Origin: Longivirga aurantiaca
GTDB taxonomy: Bacteria > Actinomycetota > Actinomycetes > S36-B12 > CAIYMF01
NCBI RefSeq assembly: GCF_042660085.1
Contig: NZ_JBHSTI010000008.1
Location: 1,869,876 to 1,901,875, forward strand
Direction of reading: 5' to 3'
Length of the DNA: 32,000 nucleotides
Below are positions 1-9,163 of this stretch, one piece after another (positions within the stretch are counted from its first letter, which is position 1; every line of letters starts with the position of its first letter). The translations under genes and the position numbers were made by a program. A model generated the notes under the pieces. That model saw only the letters and a list, made by a program, of their open reading frames with translations. It had not been told where the DNA came from and searched no databases.

Positions 1-603
1 CGCGACGAGCAGGATCACGAGCGCCGCCACGAGTCCGATGAGCTCGGCGCGACGGTTGGTCTCACGGTCGAGCACGGCGGCGAGCTGGTCGGCGGGCGCC
101 ACCGAGATGCCTGCCTCGGCGACCGCATCGGTGACGCTCGAGGTCAGCTGCTCGGCCAGCGGGCGCGTGATGTCCTTGCCCGAGACGGTGAGCACCACCG
201 AGATCGTGCCGATGGTGCCGTCGTCCGAGAGCTGCCCGTTCCTCGCCGTCGGGGCGGTCGCGCTCGCCACCTCGGGCAGCGTCTCGAGCGCCGTCACCGC
301 ATCGTCGAGAGCGGCCTTCTGCTCGGCGCCGGTGAGGGCGTCGGCCGTCACCACGATGCGCTGGGCCGGGTTGGGCGCGTCGGGGAACGCCGCGCGGGAG
401 ACGTCGATCGCCGCCTGGCTGTCGGCGCCGGGAATGGTGAGGTCGTCGGTGGTCGCGGGGCCGAACCGGCCGATGAGCAGGCCCAGCACGACCGCCAGCA
501 GGAGCCACGCCGCGACCACGCGTCGCGGGTGCTGGGCGCACCGACGTCCGAGCCGCGCGGTCCAGCCGAGGGGCACATCGGTCGCGTGGGCGGCGGTGGG
601 CAC
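1..603 (-). CDS. MMPL/RND-family transporter, N-terminal part (runs off the left edge)
   Basis: Reverse-strand translation from GTG at 603: VPTAAHATDVPLGWTARLGRRCAQHPRRVVAAWLLLAVVLGLLIGRFGP...ADSQAAIDVSRGAFPDAPNPAQRIVVTADALTGAEQKAALDDAVTALETLPEVASAT; a TM helix followed by an MMPL-type periplasmic domain, then a second TM. The frame is open to the edge. Frame assigned by eye; it is not the ORF listed in the track. Confidence 0.75.
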   Translation of the reverse strand, partial: MPTAAHATDVPLGWTARLGRRCAQHPRRVVAAWLLLAVVLGLLIGRFGPATTDDLTIPGADSQAAIDVSRAAFPDAPNPAQRIVVTADALTGAEQKAALDDAVTALETLPEVASATAPTARNGQLSDDGTIGTISVVLTVSGKDITRPLAEQLTSSVTDAVAEAGISVAPADQLAAVLDRETNRRAELIGLVAALVILLVA

Positions 604-637
604 CCGCGCACCCTACGGGCGGGGGCACCCGGTCGCC

Positions 638-1009
638 CTACGGACGGTCGAGCAGGCCCTCGAGGGCGACGACCTCCGCGGCGAGCCGGTGCGACCGCTC
701 GCTGCTGCCGTACACAGCCATGGCCGACCTGCGCTCGCTGATCTCGACGCGAACCAGCGCGGCGACGTCGTCGTCGGTCAGGACGCGCCGCTCCGCCTCG
801 GCGGCGCCCACCCCGGCTGCCGCGCCCGCGACGTGCTCGGACTGCAGGGTCCCCGCGTCGCTGCCGGCGGGCAGAGGGACGGCCTCGGCGTTGCCGATCG
901 CACCGAGGAGGCTGCGCAGCGCCGACACGGTGACGGCGTCGTGCGAACGGACGGCTTCGCTCAGCCAGGTGCGGGCGCGGTTCTCGATCGCCGTCGTGTG
1001 GTCGTTCAC
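638..1009 (-). CDS. GatB/YqeY-domain-like small protein
   Basis: 123-aa ORF with YqeY-like helical pattern (AVTVSALRSLLGAIGNAEAV ... LTDDDVAALVRVEISERRSAMAVYGSSER). Confidence 0.55.
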   Translation of the reverse strand: MNDHTTAIENRARTWLSEAVRSHDAVTVSALRSLLGAIGNAEAVPLPAGSDAGTLQSEHVAGAAAGVGAAEAERRVLTDDDVAALVRVEISERRSAMAVYGSSERSHRLAAEVVALEGLLDRP

Positions 1010-1034
1010 GGCCCGATCCTGTCAGGGATCGCCG

Positions 1035-1592
1035 TCAGTCGAAGAGGGTGCCCTCGTCGGCGGGTCGGGCCCCCTCGTGCGCGAGCAGCGCCGCCTTGAC
1101 CCGCAGGCCGTAGGCGTAGCCGCCGAGGGTGCCGTCGGTGCGCAGGATGCGGTGGCAGGGGACGAACGGCGCGACCTTGTTGCGGGCACAGGCCTGGCCG
1201 GCGGCGCGGACGGCGGCCGGGCTGCCGGCGCGCTCGGCGAGGCCGGCGTAGGAATCGGTCTCCCCCGCCTTCACCCCGCGCAGCTCGTCCCACGCGCGCT
1301 GCAGGAACGGCCCTCCGGGCTGGCTCACGAGGACGTCGTCGAGCGCGTCGACGTCGCCGCCGGCGTACCGCTCGAGCGCGTCGACGGCCGCCTTCGTGGC
1401 GCCACCGCCGCGCGGCGCCGGGTGGTGGCCACGCGCCTGCTCGGCCTCGGTCAGGAACGCGAACGTCGCGTCGAGGCTCTTCCAGCCCGAGGCCACCACG
1501 GCGCCCGTGACCGGGTCGGCGACGACGACCACCGAGCCGCCCGGGAGGGCGACCTCGGCCGTCTCGTACGGCGGCAGCGTGTCGACGGTCAT
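1035..1592 (-). CDS. ogt: Methylated-DNA--[protein]-cysteine S-methyltransferase
   Basis: Starts MTVDTLPPYETAEV; contains active-site FVPCHRILRTDGTLGGYAYGLRVKAALLAHE. Start overlaps the stop of the upstream gene. Confidence 0.9.
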   Translation of the reverse strand: MTVDTLPPYETAEVALPGGSVVVVADPVTGAVVASGWKSLDATFAFLTEAEQARGHHPAPRGGGATKAAVDALERYAGGDVDALDDVLVSQPGGPFLQRAWDELRGVKAGETDSYAGLAERAGSPAAVRAAGQACARNKVAPFVPCHRILRTDGTLGGYAYGLRVKAALLAHEGARPADEGTLFD

Positions 1593-3100
1593 GACGGCTC
1601 CTTCACGGGGGCGGGGGCGAGCGAGGTCCAGAGGTGCTGGGCGGCGTACGAGCGCCACGGGCTCCAGGCCGAGACGTGGGCGCCGAGGGCACGGGCGGCC
1701 TCGGGCAGGCCGAGCGCGCCGGCGGCGTGCCGCAGGCCGAGGTCGGACGCCGGGAACGCGTCGGGGTCGGCCAGAGCGCGCAGCCGCACGTAGCCGGTGG
1801 TCCACGGGCCGGCCCCCGGGATCGCGAGCAGCGCGGCCTCGACCTCGTCGAGGTCGGGCGAGCCGAGCGCCACGCTGCCGTCGGCGACGGCGGCCGCGAG
1901 CGCCACCAGCGTGCGCGCCCGCGACCCGGGCATCCCGGTGATGGCAGCGGGGTCGAGCGCGGCGATCGCCGCCGGCCGCGGGAACGCGCGCAGGCCGCTC
2001 TCCCCCGCCACCTCGGTGCCGTGCGCGGCCACCAGCCGTGCGAGCAGCGTCCCGGCCGCCGCGACGGACACCTGCTGCCCGACGACAGCGCGGACGACGG
2101 TCTCCCACGGGTCGACCGTGGTGGGCACGCGCAGACCGGGGTGGGCGCCGACGAGCGGCGCCAGCGCGGGGTCCAGACCGAGCGCGGCGTCGACGGTCGC
2201 TGGGTCGGCGTCGAGGTCGAGCCACCGGCGTACCCGGCGCACGAGCGCCGCGGTGTCGCGCACGTCTGCCCCCGAGCGCACCACCACGTGGTCTCCGTGC
2301 ACGGTCACCTCGGTGACCGCCGCACGGGTCGGCAGCGGTACCACGCGGCGGTGGGTCCAGCGTCGGCCCGGCACGTGCTCCTCGAGGCCCGCGACCGTCC
2401 GGGCGGCGAGGAACGCCCCGAGCGCGTCGGCGTCGTACGGCGGCCGCAGGCGCAGGCGCAGCACGAGGGCCGGGTCGGCCGACGGGATCCGCTCGGACGG
2501 CGTACGCCGCAGGCCCGACGGCGCGATGCCGAACTCCCGGCGCATCACGTCGTTGAACTGCCGGACGCTCGAGAAGCCGGACGCGAACGCGATCTCCGCG
2601 AGCGACAGGTCGGTCTGCTCGACGAGCAGCTTCGCGGTCTGCGCTCGACGGCTGACCGCCAGCTGCAGCGGGCCGGCGCCGACCTCGGCGACGAGGCTGC
2701 GGTGCAGGTGCCGCTCGCTCACGTGCAGCGTGCGGGCGAGCCCCGCGACGCCGCCGTCGTCGATGGCACCGTCGGCGATCAGCCGCAGCGCCCGGCCGAC
2801 GAGGTCGCCGCGGTGGTCCCAGTGCCGCGACCCGGGTGCGGAGTCGGGCCGGCAGCGTCGGCAGGCGCGGAAGCCCGCGCTGACCGCCGCGGCCGGTGCG
2901 GCGAAGAAGCGGACGTTCTGCGCCTTCGGGGTCTGCGCCGGGCACACCGGTCGGCAGTACACGCCGGTGCTCGTGACGCCGAACCAGATGCGGCCGTCGA
3001 AGCGGCGATCACGCGCGGCGAGGGCGGCGTACGCGGCGTCGGGGTCGAGCCCCGCCGGGGCCAGGCCCGGCTGCTCGACGACCTGCACGCGGCTGCTCAT
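1589..3100 (-). CDS. Ada-type regulator fused to AlkA DNA-3-methyladenine glycosylase
   Basis: Ada metal/methyl-acceptor domain (YCRPVCPAQTPKAQNVRFF...FRACRRCRPD), AraC-type HTH (LSLAEIAFASGFSSVRQFNDVMRREFG), AlkA domain with HhH and catalytic Asp (AIPGAGPWTTGYVRLRALADPDAFPASDLGL). Start chosen at MSSRVQ; the ORF extends to 3163. Confidence 0.9.
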   Translation of the reverse strand: MSSRVQVVEQPGLAPAGLDPDAAYAALAARDRRFDGRIWFGVTSTGVYCRPVCPAQTPKAQNVRFFAAPAAAVSAGFRACRRCRPDSAPGSRHWDHRGDLVGRALRLIADGAIDDGGVAGLARTLHVSERHLHRSLVAEVGAGPLQLAVSRRAQTAKLLVEQTDLSLAEIAFASGFSSVRQFNDVMRREFGIAPSGLRRTPSERIPSADPALVLRLRLRPPYDADALGAFLAARTVAGLEEHVPGRRWTHRRVVPLPTRAAVTEVTVHGDHVVVRSGADVRDTAALVRRVRRWLDLDADPATVDAALGLDPALAPLVGAHPGLRVPTTVDPWETVVRAVVGQQVSVAAAGTLLARLVAAHGTEVAGESGLRAFPRPAAIAALDPAAITGMPGSRARTLVALAAAVADGSVALGSPDLDEVEAALLAIPGAGPWTTGYVRLRALADPDAFPASDLGLRHAAGALGLPEAARALGAHVSAWSPWRSYAAQHLWTSLAPAPVKEPS

Positions 3101-3179
3101 GCGGATGATCCTGCCCCATGCCGTCGCCATACGACTGGCGGAAATCGGACCCCACCGCCGCACGCCCCCGTGCGGGAGG

Positions 3180-4517
3180 TCAGGGACGCGGACGGTCGAG
3201 CAGGAAGTCGGCGACGTCGAACGCGAGCTCGAGGCTCTGCACGCGGTTCAGCCGCGGGTCGCACGCGGTCTCGTAGCGGTCGCCGAGCTGGTCCTCGGTG
3301 ACGCCCTCGGTGCCGCCGACGCACTCGGTGACGTCGTCGCCCGTGAGCTCGACGTGGATGCCGCCCGGGAACGTGCCGAGCTGCTTGTGCACCTCGAAGA
3401 AGCCGCGGACCTCGTCGGCGACGTCGTCGTACGACCGGGTCTTGTGGCCGGACGCCGCCTCGCGCGTGTTGCCGTGCATCGGGTCGCAGACCCAGACGAC
3501 GGGGTGGCCGCTCGCGGTGACCTTCTCGACGATCGGGGGCAGCGCCTCGCGGATCGTGCCCGCGCCCATGCGGGTGATGAGCGTGAGGCGGCCGGGGACG
3601 CGCTCGGGGTTGAGCCGCTCGCAGAGCTCGACGGCGAACTCCGGCGTAGTGGTCGGGCCGAGCTTCACGCCGACCGGGTTGCTGATGCGCGCGGCGAAGT
3701 CGACGTGGGCGCCGTCGAGCTGACGGGTGCGCTCGCCGATCCACACGAAGTGGCCGGAGACGTCGTAGAGGTCGCCGGTGCGCGAGTCGATGCGCGTCAT
3801 GGCCTTCTCGTAGTCGAGCACGAGCGCCTCGTGGCCGGCGTAGAACTCGACCCGCCTGAACTCCTCGGGGTCGGCGCCGCACGCCGCCATGAACGAGAGC
3901 GCGCGGTCGATCTCGCCCGCGACCTTCTCGTACCGGTCGCCCGCGGGCGTCTCGGCCACGAAGTCCTGGTTCCACGCGTGGACCTGCCGCAGGTCGGCGT
4001 ACCCGCCCTGGGTGAACGCACGGACGAGGTTCAGCGTGGCCGAGGCGGTGTGATAGCTGCGGACGAGCCGCTGCGGGTCGGGCACGCGGCCGTCGACCTG
4101 GAAGGGCAGTGCGTTGACGCCGTCGCCGTAGTACGACGTCATCTCGACGCCGTCGCGCGACTCGACCGCCTTGCTGCGCGGCTTGAAGTACTGGCCGGCC
4201 ATGCGGCCGACCTTGACGACCGGGAGCGAGGCGCCGTACGTCAGCACGATCGCCATCTGCAGGACGGTCTTGAGCTTGGCGCGGATGTCCTCGGCGGTCG
4301 CGGTGTCGAACGTCTCCGCGCAGTCGCCGCCCATGAGCACGAACGCCTCGCCGCGGGCGGCCTGGGCCAGTCGGCCGGTCAGGTTGTCGCACTCGCCCGC
4401 GAACACGAGCGGCGGCAGCGTGCGCAGCTGCGCCACGGCCGTGCCGAGGGCGTCGACGTCCGGCCACACGGGCTGCTGCGCCGCGGGCAGGTCCGGCCAG
4501 GAGATGTGGTCCACCAT
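3180..4517 (-). CDS. Class II 3-deoxy-7-phosphoheptulonate (DAHP) synthase
   Basis: Type II DAHPS sequence: GECDNLTGRLAQAARGEAFVLMGGDCAETF, GRMAGQYFKPRS, ISNPVGVKLGP, WVCDPMHGNT, GGIHVELTGDDVTEC. Start MVDHISWPDLPAAQQP. Confidence 0.95.
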   Translation of the reverse strand: MVDHISWPDLPAAQQPVWPDVDALGTAVAQLRTLPPLVFAGECDNLTGRLAQAARGEAFVLMGGDCAETFDTATAEDIRAKLKTVLQMAIVLTYGASLPVVKVGRMAGQYFKPRSKAVESRDGVEMTSYYGDGVNALPFQVDGRVPDPQRLVRSYHTASATLNLVRAFTQGGYADLRQVHAWNQDFVAETPAGDRYEKVAGEIDRALSFMAACGADPEEFRRVEFYAGHEALVLDYEKAMTRIDSRTGDLYDVSGHFVWIGERTRQLDGAHVDFAARISNPVGVKLGPTTTPEFAVELCERLNPERVPGRLTLITRMGAGTIREALPPIVEKVTASGHPVVWVCDPMHGNTREAASGHKTRSYDDVADEVRGFFEVHKQLGTFPGGIHVELTGDDVTECVGGTEGVTEDQLGDRYETACDPRLNRVQSLELAFDVADFLLDRPRP

Positions 4518-4610
4518 GCGTCCAGGGTAGTTGCGCGCCGCCGGCCCGCTGTACGGAGGCCTCGCCGTGGCGTCGATGAAGGCCGGGAGTGTTGCGCTCT
4601 TGGCGACGAA

Positions 4611-4639
4611 GGCCCCCTTCATCGCGGACGAAGGGGGCC
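4611..4639 (-). terminator. Rho-independent-like hairpin downstream of the phosphofructokinase gene
   Basis: Perfect 10-bp inverted repeat GGCCCCCTTC-N9-GAAGGGGGCC beginning about 24 nt past the pfk stop. Confidence 0.7.
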
Positions 4640-4662
4640 GTTCGTGGTGTGCGTGCGGTGGC

Positions 4663-5688
4663 TCAGCCGAAGAACGGCCGGGCCTCCTCGTAGCGCTCGA
4701 GCGGGACGGTCTTGAGCTCGCCGGTCGCCTCGATGAAGGGGACGCGGACGATGTTCGTGCTCTGCAGCGCGACCATCTTGCCGAAGTCCTTGGCCGCGAT
4801 CGCGTCGATGGCCGAGAGGCCGAAGCGGGTGGCGAGGACGCGGTCGAACGCGGTCGGCGTACCACCGCGCTGGATGTGCCCGAGCACGACGGCGCGGGCC
4901 TCCTTGCCGGTGCGCGCCTCGAGGCCCGAGGCCAGCCAGTCGCCGATGCCGGACAGGCGCACGTGCCCGAAGGCGTCGAGCGACTGGTCCTTGGTGACCA
5001 TCTCGCCGTCCGCGGGCAGCGCGCCCTCGGACACCACGATGATCGGCGAGTAGTTGGTCTGGAAGCGGCTCTCGACCCAGCCGACCACCTCGTCGAGGTG
5101 GAACGGCACCTCGGGGATGAGGATGCCGTTCGCGCCGCCGGACATCCCCGCGTGCAGGGCGATCCAGCCGGCGTGACGGCCCATGACCTCGACGACGAGC
5201 ACGCGGTGGTGCGACTCGGCCGTGGTGTGGAGGCGGTCGATGGCCTCGGACGCGATGTTCACGGCGGTGTCGAACCCGAACGTGTAGTCGGTCGCGTTGA
5301 GGTCGTTGTCGATCGTCTTCGGCACGCCGACGACCGGCACGCCGAGCTCGTCGAGCTTGGTCGCGACGCCGAGGGTGTCCTCGCCGCCGATGGCGATGAG
5401 GGCGTCGACGCCGGCCTGGTCCATGTTGGCCTTGATCCGATCGACACCCCCCTCGATCTTGATGGGGTTGGTGCGGCTCGAGCCGAGGATCGTGCCGCCG
5501 CGCGGCAGGATGCCGCGGACCTGCGGGATGCCGAGCGGCATGGTGAGGCCCTCGAGGGGGCCCTTCCAGCCGTCACGGAACCCGACGAACTCGAAGCCGT
5601 ACTCGGTCACGCCCTTACGGACGGCCGCTCGGATGACTGCGTTGAGACCGGGGCAGTCGCCGCCACCGGTCAGCACACCGACGCGCAT
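4663..5688 (-). CDS. pfkA: 6-phosphofructokinase (PFK-A superfamily, actinobacterial group III type)
   Basis: MRVGVLTGGGDCPGLNAVIRA, GGEDTLG, VPKTIDNDL, VEVMGRHAGWIAL, LGHIQRGGTPTAFDR. Confidence 0.93.
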   Translation of the reverse strand: MRVGVLTGGGDCPGLNAVIRAAVRKGVTEYGFEFVGFRDGWKGPLEGLTMPLGIPQVRGILPRGGTILGSSRTNPIKIEGGVDRIKANMDQAGVDALIAIGGEDTLGVATKLDELGVPVVGVPKTIDNDLNATDYTFGFDTAVNIASEAIDRLHTTAESHHRVLVVEVMGRHAGWIALHAGMSGGANGILIPEVPFHLDEVVGWVESRFQTNYSPIIVVSEGALPADGEMVTKDQSLDAFGHVRLSGIGDWLASGLEARTGKEARAVVLGHIQRGGTPTAFDRVLATRFGLSAIDAIAAKDFGKMVALQSTNIVRVPFIEATGELKTVPLERYEEARPFFG

Positions 5689-5906
5689 GGTTCTCCTCAT
5701 GCGGTTGGGAACAGGGCTGGGAGGCATGACCGCACTGTCATCGCCTGACCTGACCTATCCAACCGCACCCATGGCAGCGTGTGCACGCTCCCCCTCGGAC
5801 CGGTGGCGAGTCGCTCGACACACCGCGCTCGGGGCGCGCTCGCGCTACCGTGCGCGGACCAGGGCCGCGGGACGGCGGCCCGCGCCCCAGCCGGAGGTCC
5901 TCCCCC

Positions 5907-7391
5907 GTGAGCGTGCTCGCCCTCGACGCCGGAACGACCGGTGTCACCGCCCTCATCGTCTCGGCCGACGCGCAGATCGTCGCGCGGGGCTACTCCGAGT
6001 TCCCGCAGCACTTCCCCACCGAGGGGTGGGTCGAGCACGAGCCGCGCGAGATCTGGGAAGCGGCGCTCGTGGCCGTCCGGGCCGCGCTCGACGCGCTCGG
6101 GCCGGACGGCGACCAGCCGACCGCGGTCGGCATCACCAACCAGCGCGAGACCGCCGTCCTCTGGGACCGCGAGACCCTCGGCTCGCCGCGCCGCGCGATC
6201 GTCTGGCAGGACCGTCGTACGGCGGGGCTGTGCGACCAGCTGCGCGAGGACGGTCACGAGCCGCGCGTGGCCGCCCTCACCGGCCTGCGCCTGGACTCCT
6301 ACTTCACCGCGACAAAGCTGGCCTGGATCGCGCTGAACGAGCCGCACGTGTGGGCGAGCGTGACCTCGGGGCGCACCGCGGTCGGCACGGTCGACTCCTA
6401 CCTCGTCGCCCGGATGACCCGCGGCCTGCACCACGTCACCGACGCGTCGAACGCGTCGCGCACGCTGCTGTACGACATCCACGCCGGCGCCTGGAGCCAG
6501 GAGCTGTGCGACATCTTCCACGTGCCGATCGACGCGCTGCCGGAGGTCGTCCCGTCGTACGGCGTCATCGGGCGCACCGACCCGTCCACGTTCCTCGGCC
6601 TCGACCTCCCGATCGCCGGCATCGCGGGCGACCAGCAGGCCGCGCTCTTCGGCCAGGCCTGCTACGAGGTCGGCACCAGCAAGTGCACCTACGGCACGGG
6701 GTCGTTCGTGCTGGTCAACACCGGCGAGAGGCCCGTGGCGTCCTCCACCGGCCTGCTGACCACCGTGGCCTGGCAGCACCCCGACGGCCGGCTCGAGTAC
6801 GCCCTCGAGGGCTCGGTCTTCGTCACGGGCGCCGCGATCCAGTGGCTCCGGGACGGGCTGGAGATCATCGCGAGCGCGTCCGAGACCGAGGCGCTCGCCC
6901 AGAGCGTGCCCGACTCGGGCGGCGTCGTCTTCGTCCCCGCCCTCACCGGCCTGGGCGCACCCGACTGGGACCCGCACGCCCGGGGCACGATCCTCGGCAT
7001 CAGCCGCGGCACGACCCGCGCGCACATCGTCCGCGCGACCCTCGAGGCGATCGCGTGGGAGGTCCGCGACGTCGTCGATCTCATGGTCCGCGAGGGAGGG
7101 CTCGAGCTCGCCGTGCTCTCGGTCGACGGCGGCGCCTCGGCCAACGGCTTCCTCTGCCAGCTGCAGGCCGACGCCCTCCAGGCACCCGTGGCGCGCGCCG
7201 CGCAGCTCGAGACCACGGGGCTCGGCGCGGCGTTCCTCGCGGGCCTCGCGACCGGCGTGTGGGCGAGCCAGGAGGAGATCGCGCGGACGGTCAAGCACGA
7301 CGCCCAGTTCGAGCCCGGGCCGCGCGACGACCGGGCGCACCGGCGCTGGCGCGTCGCGGTCGAGCGCAGCAAGTCCTGGGCCGTGCTCTAG
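5907..7391 (+). CDS. glpK: Glycerol kinase (FGGY family)
   Basis: LALDAGTTGVTALIV, GWVEHEPREIW, GITNQRET, IVWQDRR, GIAGDQQAALFGQACYE, TYGTGSFVLVNTG, FVPALTGLGAPDWDP. GTG start at 5907 with GGAGG upstream. Confidence 0.9.
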   Translation: MSVLALDAGTTGVTALIVSADAQIVARGYSEFPQHFPTEGWVEHEPREIWEAALVAVRAALDALGPDGDQPTAVGITNQRETAVLWDRETLGSPRRAIVWQDRRTAGLCDQLREDGHEPRVAALTGLRLDSYFTATKLAWIALNEPHVWASVTSGRTAVGTVDSYLVARMTRGLHHVTDASNASRTLLYDIHAGAWSQELCDIFHVPIDALPEVVPSYGVIGRTDPSTFLGLDLPIAGIAGDQQAALFGQACYEVGTSKCTYGTGSFVLVNTGERPVASSTGLLTTVAWQHPDGRLEYALEGSVFVTGAAIQWLRDGLEIIASASETEALAQSVPDSGGVVFVPALTGLGAPDWDPHARGTILGISRGTTRAHIVRATLEAIAWEVRDVVDLMVREGGLELAVLSVDGGASANGFLCQLQADALQAPVARAAQLETTGLGAAFLAGLATGVWASQEEIARTVKHDAQFEPGPRDDRAHRRWRVAVERSKSWAVL

Positions 7392-7402
7392 TTCCCGGAC
7401 TT

Positions 7403-7442
7403 GGTAGTGAGAACTCGCAGCAGAGCGCGAGAACTCACTACC
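7403..7442. terminator. Bidirectional hairpin between convergent glpK and acyltransferase genes
   Basis: GGTAGTGAG-AA-CTCGC ... GCGAG-AA-CTCACTACC: 9 bp, a 2x2 internal loop, then 5 bp. Confidence 0.8.
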
Positions 7443-7450
7443 GAATCGGG

Positions 7451-8191
7451 TCAGGCGGCGGACGAGGAGGCGCGGAGCGCGTCGGGGTCGGGCTGCTCCA
7501 CCTCGAGCGCCGCGTCGGCCGACATCGTCTTGGCCTTGGCGGCGTACATGTCGACGTACTCCTGGCCCGAGAGCTGCATGAGCTCGTACATGATCTCGTC
7601 GGTCATCGAGCGGAGCACGAAGCGGTCGTTGGCCATGCCCTCGTAGCGCGAGAAGTCCAGCGGTGCGCCGATCGCGATCTTGACCCGCATGATCCTCGGG
7701 CGCACGCGCCCGGGCGGCTGGATGAGGTGCGTGTTGACCATCGCGCACGGGATGACGGGCACGCCGGCCTCGAGCGCCATCCGCGCGACACCGGTCTTGC
7801 CCCGGTAGAGACGGCCGTCGGGCGAGCGGGTGCCCTCGGGGTAGATGCCGAGCAGCGCACCGCCGTCGAGCACGCGCAGCCCGGTGCGCAGCGCAGCCTC
7901 CGACGCCTTGCCGCCCGAGCGGTCCACGGGCACCTGGCCGACGGCGGACATGAAGAGCTTGGTCAGCCAGCCCTTGAAGCCGGGCGTGTGGAAGTAGTCG
8001 CTCTTGGCCAGGAACGTGATCTTCCGCTTGCACACCATCGGAAGGAAGATCGAGTCGGAGAACGACAGGTGGTTGCCGGCGAGGATCGCCGCGCCGTCCT
8101 CGGGCAGGTGCTCGAGGCCCACGACCTGGGGGCGGAACAGGAGGCGGAGCAGCGGACCGATGAGGATGTACTTGCACACCCAGTAGAACAC
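7451..8191 (-). CDS. 1-acyl-sn-glycerol-3-phosphate acyltransferase (PlsC-like)
   Basis: VVGLEHLPEDGAAILAGNHLSFSDSIF (NHxxxxD) and GIYPEGTRSPDGRLYRGKTGVARMA. GTG start VFYWVCKYIL. Confidence 0.9.
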   Translation of the reverse strand: MFYWVCKYILIGPLLRLLFRPQVVGLEHLPEDGAAILAGNHLSFSDSIFLPMVCKRKITFLAKSDYFHTPGFKGWLTKLFMSAVGQVPVDRSGGKASEAALRTGLRVLDGGALLGIYPEGTRSPDGRLYRGKTGVARMALEAGVPVIPCAMVNTHLIQPPGRVRPRIMRVKIAIGAPLDFSRYEGMANDRFVLRSMTDEIMYELMQLSGQEYVDMYAAKAKTMSADAALEVEQPDPDALRASSSAA

Positions 8192-8391
8192 CGGCCGTCT
8201 CCTCCTCCCCGTCTCGATCGATCTGGGGCCGCGACCCGTGGGGCCCGCGTCCCTGCTGGTCAGGGCCGCGACGCCGACAGTACGGCGCTGACCTGCCCCC
8301 GAGCAACGCAACCCGGCGGTAGCGTCACCCTCGCACCCTCTCGAGCCGATCGCCGACGGCCCCGGCCGCCCCGTCCCCCAGGAGTCCCCCT

Positions 8392-9153
8392 GTGCCGCTG
8401 ATCCCCGGAGCCGAGCCCCTCTCGCACGACGGCGGCCCCATCGGCGTGCTCGTGATCCACGGCTTCACCTCGTCGCCGAAGTCGATGCGCCCGTGGGCCG
8501 AGCACCTGGTCGAGGCAGGCTTCACGGTGGAGATGCCACGCCTCCCCGGCCACGGCACCACGTGGCAGGACATGTCCGTCACCCGCTGGGAGGACTGGTA
8601 CGCCGAGGTCGACCGCGTGCTCACCTCGCTCCTGTCGCGCTGCGAGCAGGTCTTCGTCATGGGCCTGTCGATGGGCGGGTCCCTCGCCCTGCGTCTCGCG
8701 GAGCGCCGGGGCGCCGACATCGCAGGCATCGTGCTCGTGAACCCCGCGGTGCACACCGAGCGCAAGGAAGCCGTGCTGCTGCCTGTCCTGCGTCACCTCG
8801 TGAAGGCGTTCCCCGGCATCCGCAACGACATCAAGAAGCCCGGGGTCGACGAGGGCGCCTACGAGAAGATGCCGCTGCAGTGCTTCTACTCCCTGCAGAG
8901 CGCCTGGAAGGACATCCGGGCCGACATCCGCTCGGTCACCGTGCCGGTCGTGCTCCTGCGCTCGCGCGAGGACCACGTCGTCGAGCCCAGCAACGCCGCG
9001 TGGATCCTCGCCAACGTCGCGAGCACGGACGTCACCGAGGTGGTCCTCGAGAACAGCTATCACGTGGCCACGATCGACCACGACGCCGAGCTGATCTTCA
9101 CGACGTCCGTGGACTTCGTGCACCGGGTCGCGGGCTCCGCCGCCCAGGCGTGA
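8392..9153 (+). CDS. Alpha/beta hydrolase (carboxylesterase / monoacylglycerol lipase-like)
   Basis: VLVIHGFTSSPKSM, nucleophile elbow GLSMGGSLALRLAE, VLLRSREDHVVEP, late His ENSYHVATIDHD. GTG start. Confidence 0.88.
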   Translation: MPLIPGAEPLSHDGGPIGVLVIHGFTSSPKSMRPWAEHLVEAGFTVEMPRLPGHGTTWQDMSVTRWEDWYAEVDRVLTSLLSRCEQVFVMGLSMGGSLALRLAERRGADIAGIVLVNPAVHTERKEAVLLPVLRHLVKAFPGIRNDIKKPGVDEGAYEKMPLQCFYSLQSAWKDIRADIRSVTVPVVLLRSREDHVVEPSNAAWILANVASTDVTEVVLENSYHVATIDHDAELIFTTSVDFVHRVAGSAAQA

Positions 9154-9163
9154 CACTGGTCCC

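Noticed and set aside
3097-4467. 456-aa minus-strand ORF over the DAHP synthase gene
   Set aside because: Wrong frame; the 3180-4517 frame gives the complete class II DAHP synthase.
1797-4715. 972-aa plus-strand ORF spanning the Ada-AlkA and DAHP synthase genes
   Set aside because: Low-complexity Arg/Ser/Ala/Pro translation antisense to two clearly conserved genes; typical spurious ORF in >70% GC DNA.
8258-8293. GGTCAG-N24-CTGACC inverted repeat between the acyltransferase and hydrolase genes
   Set aside because: Arms are short and widely spaced; too likely by chance to support a regulatory call.
5697-8306. 869-aa minus-strand ORF opposite glpK, overlapping the acyltransferase
   Set aside because: Out-of-frame or antisense translation of conserved genes; no domain signal.
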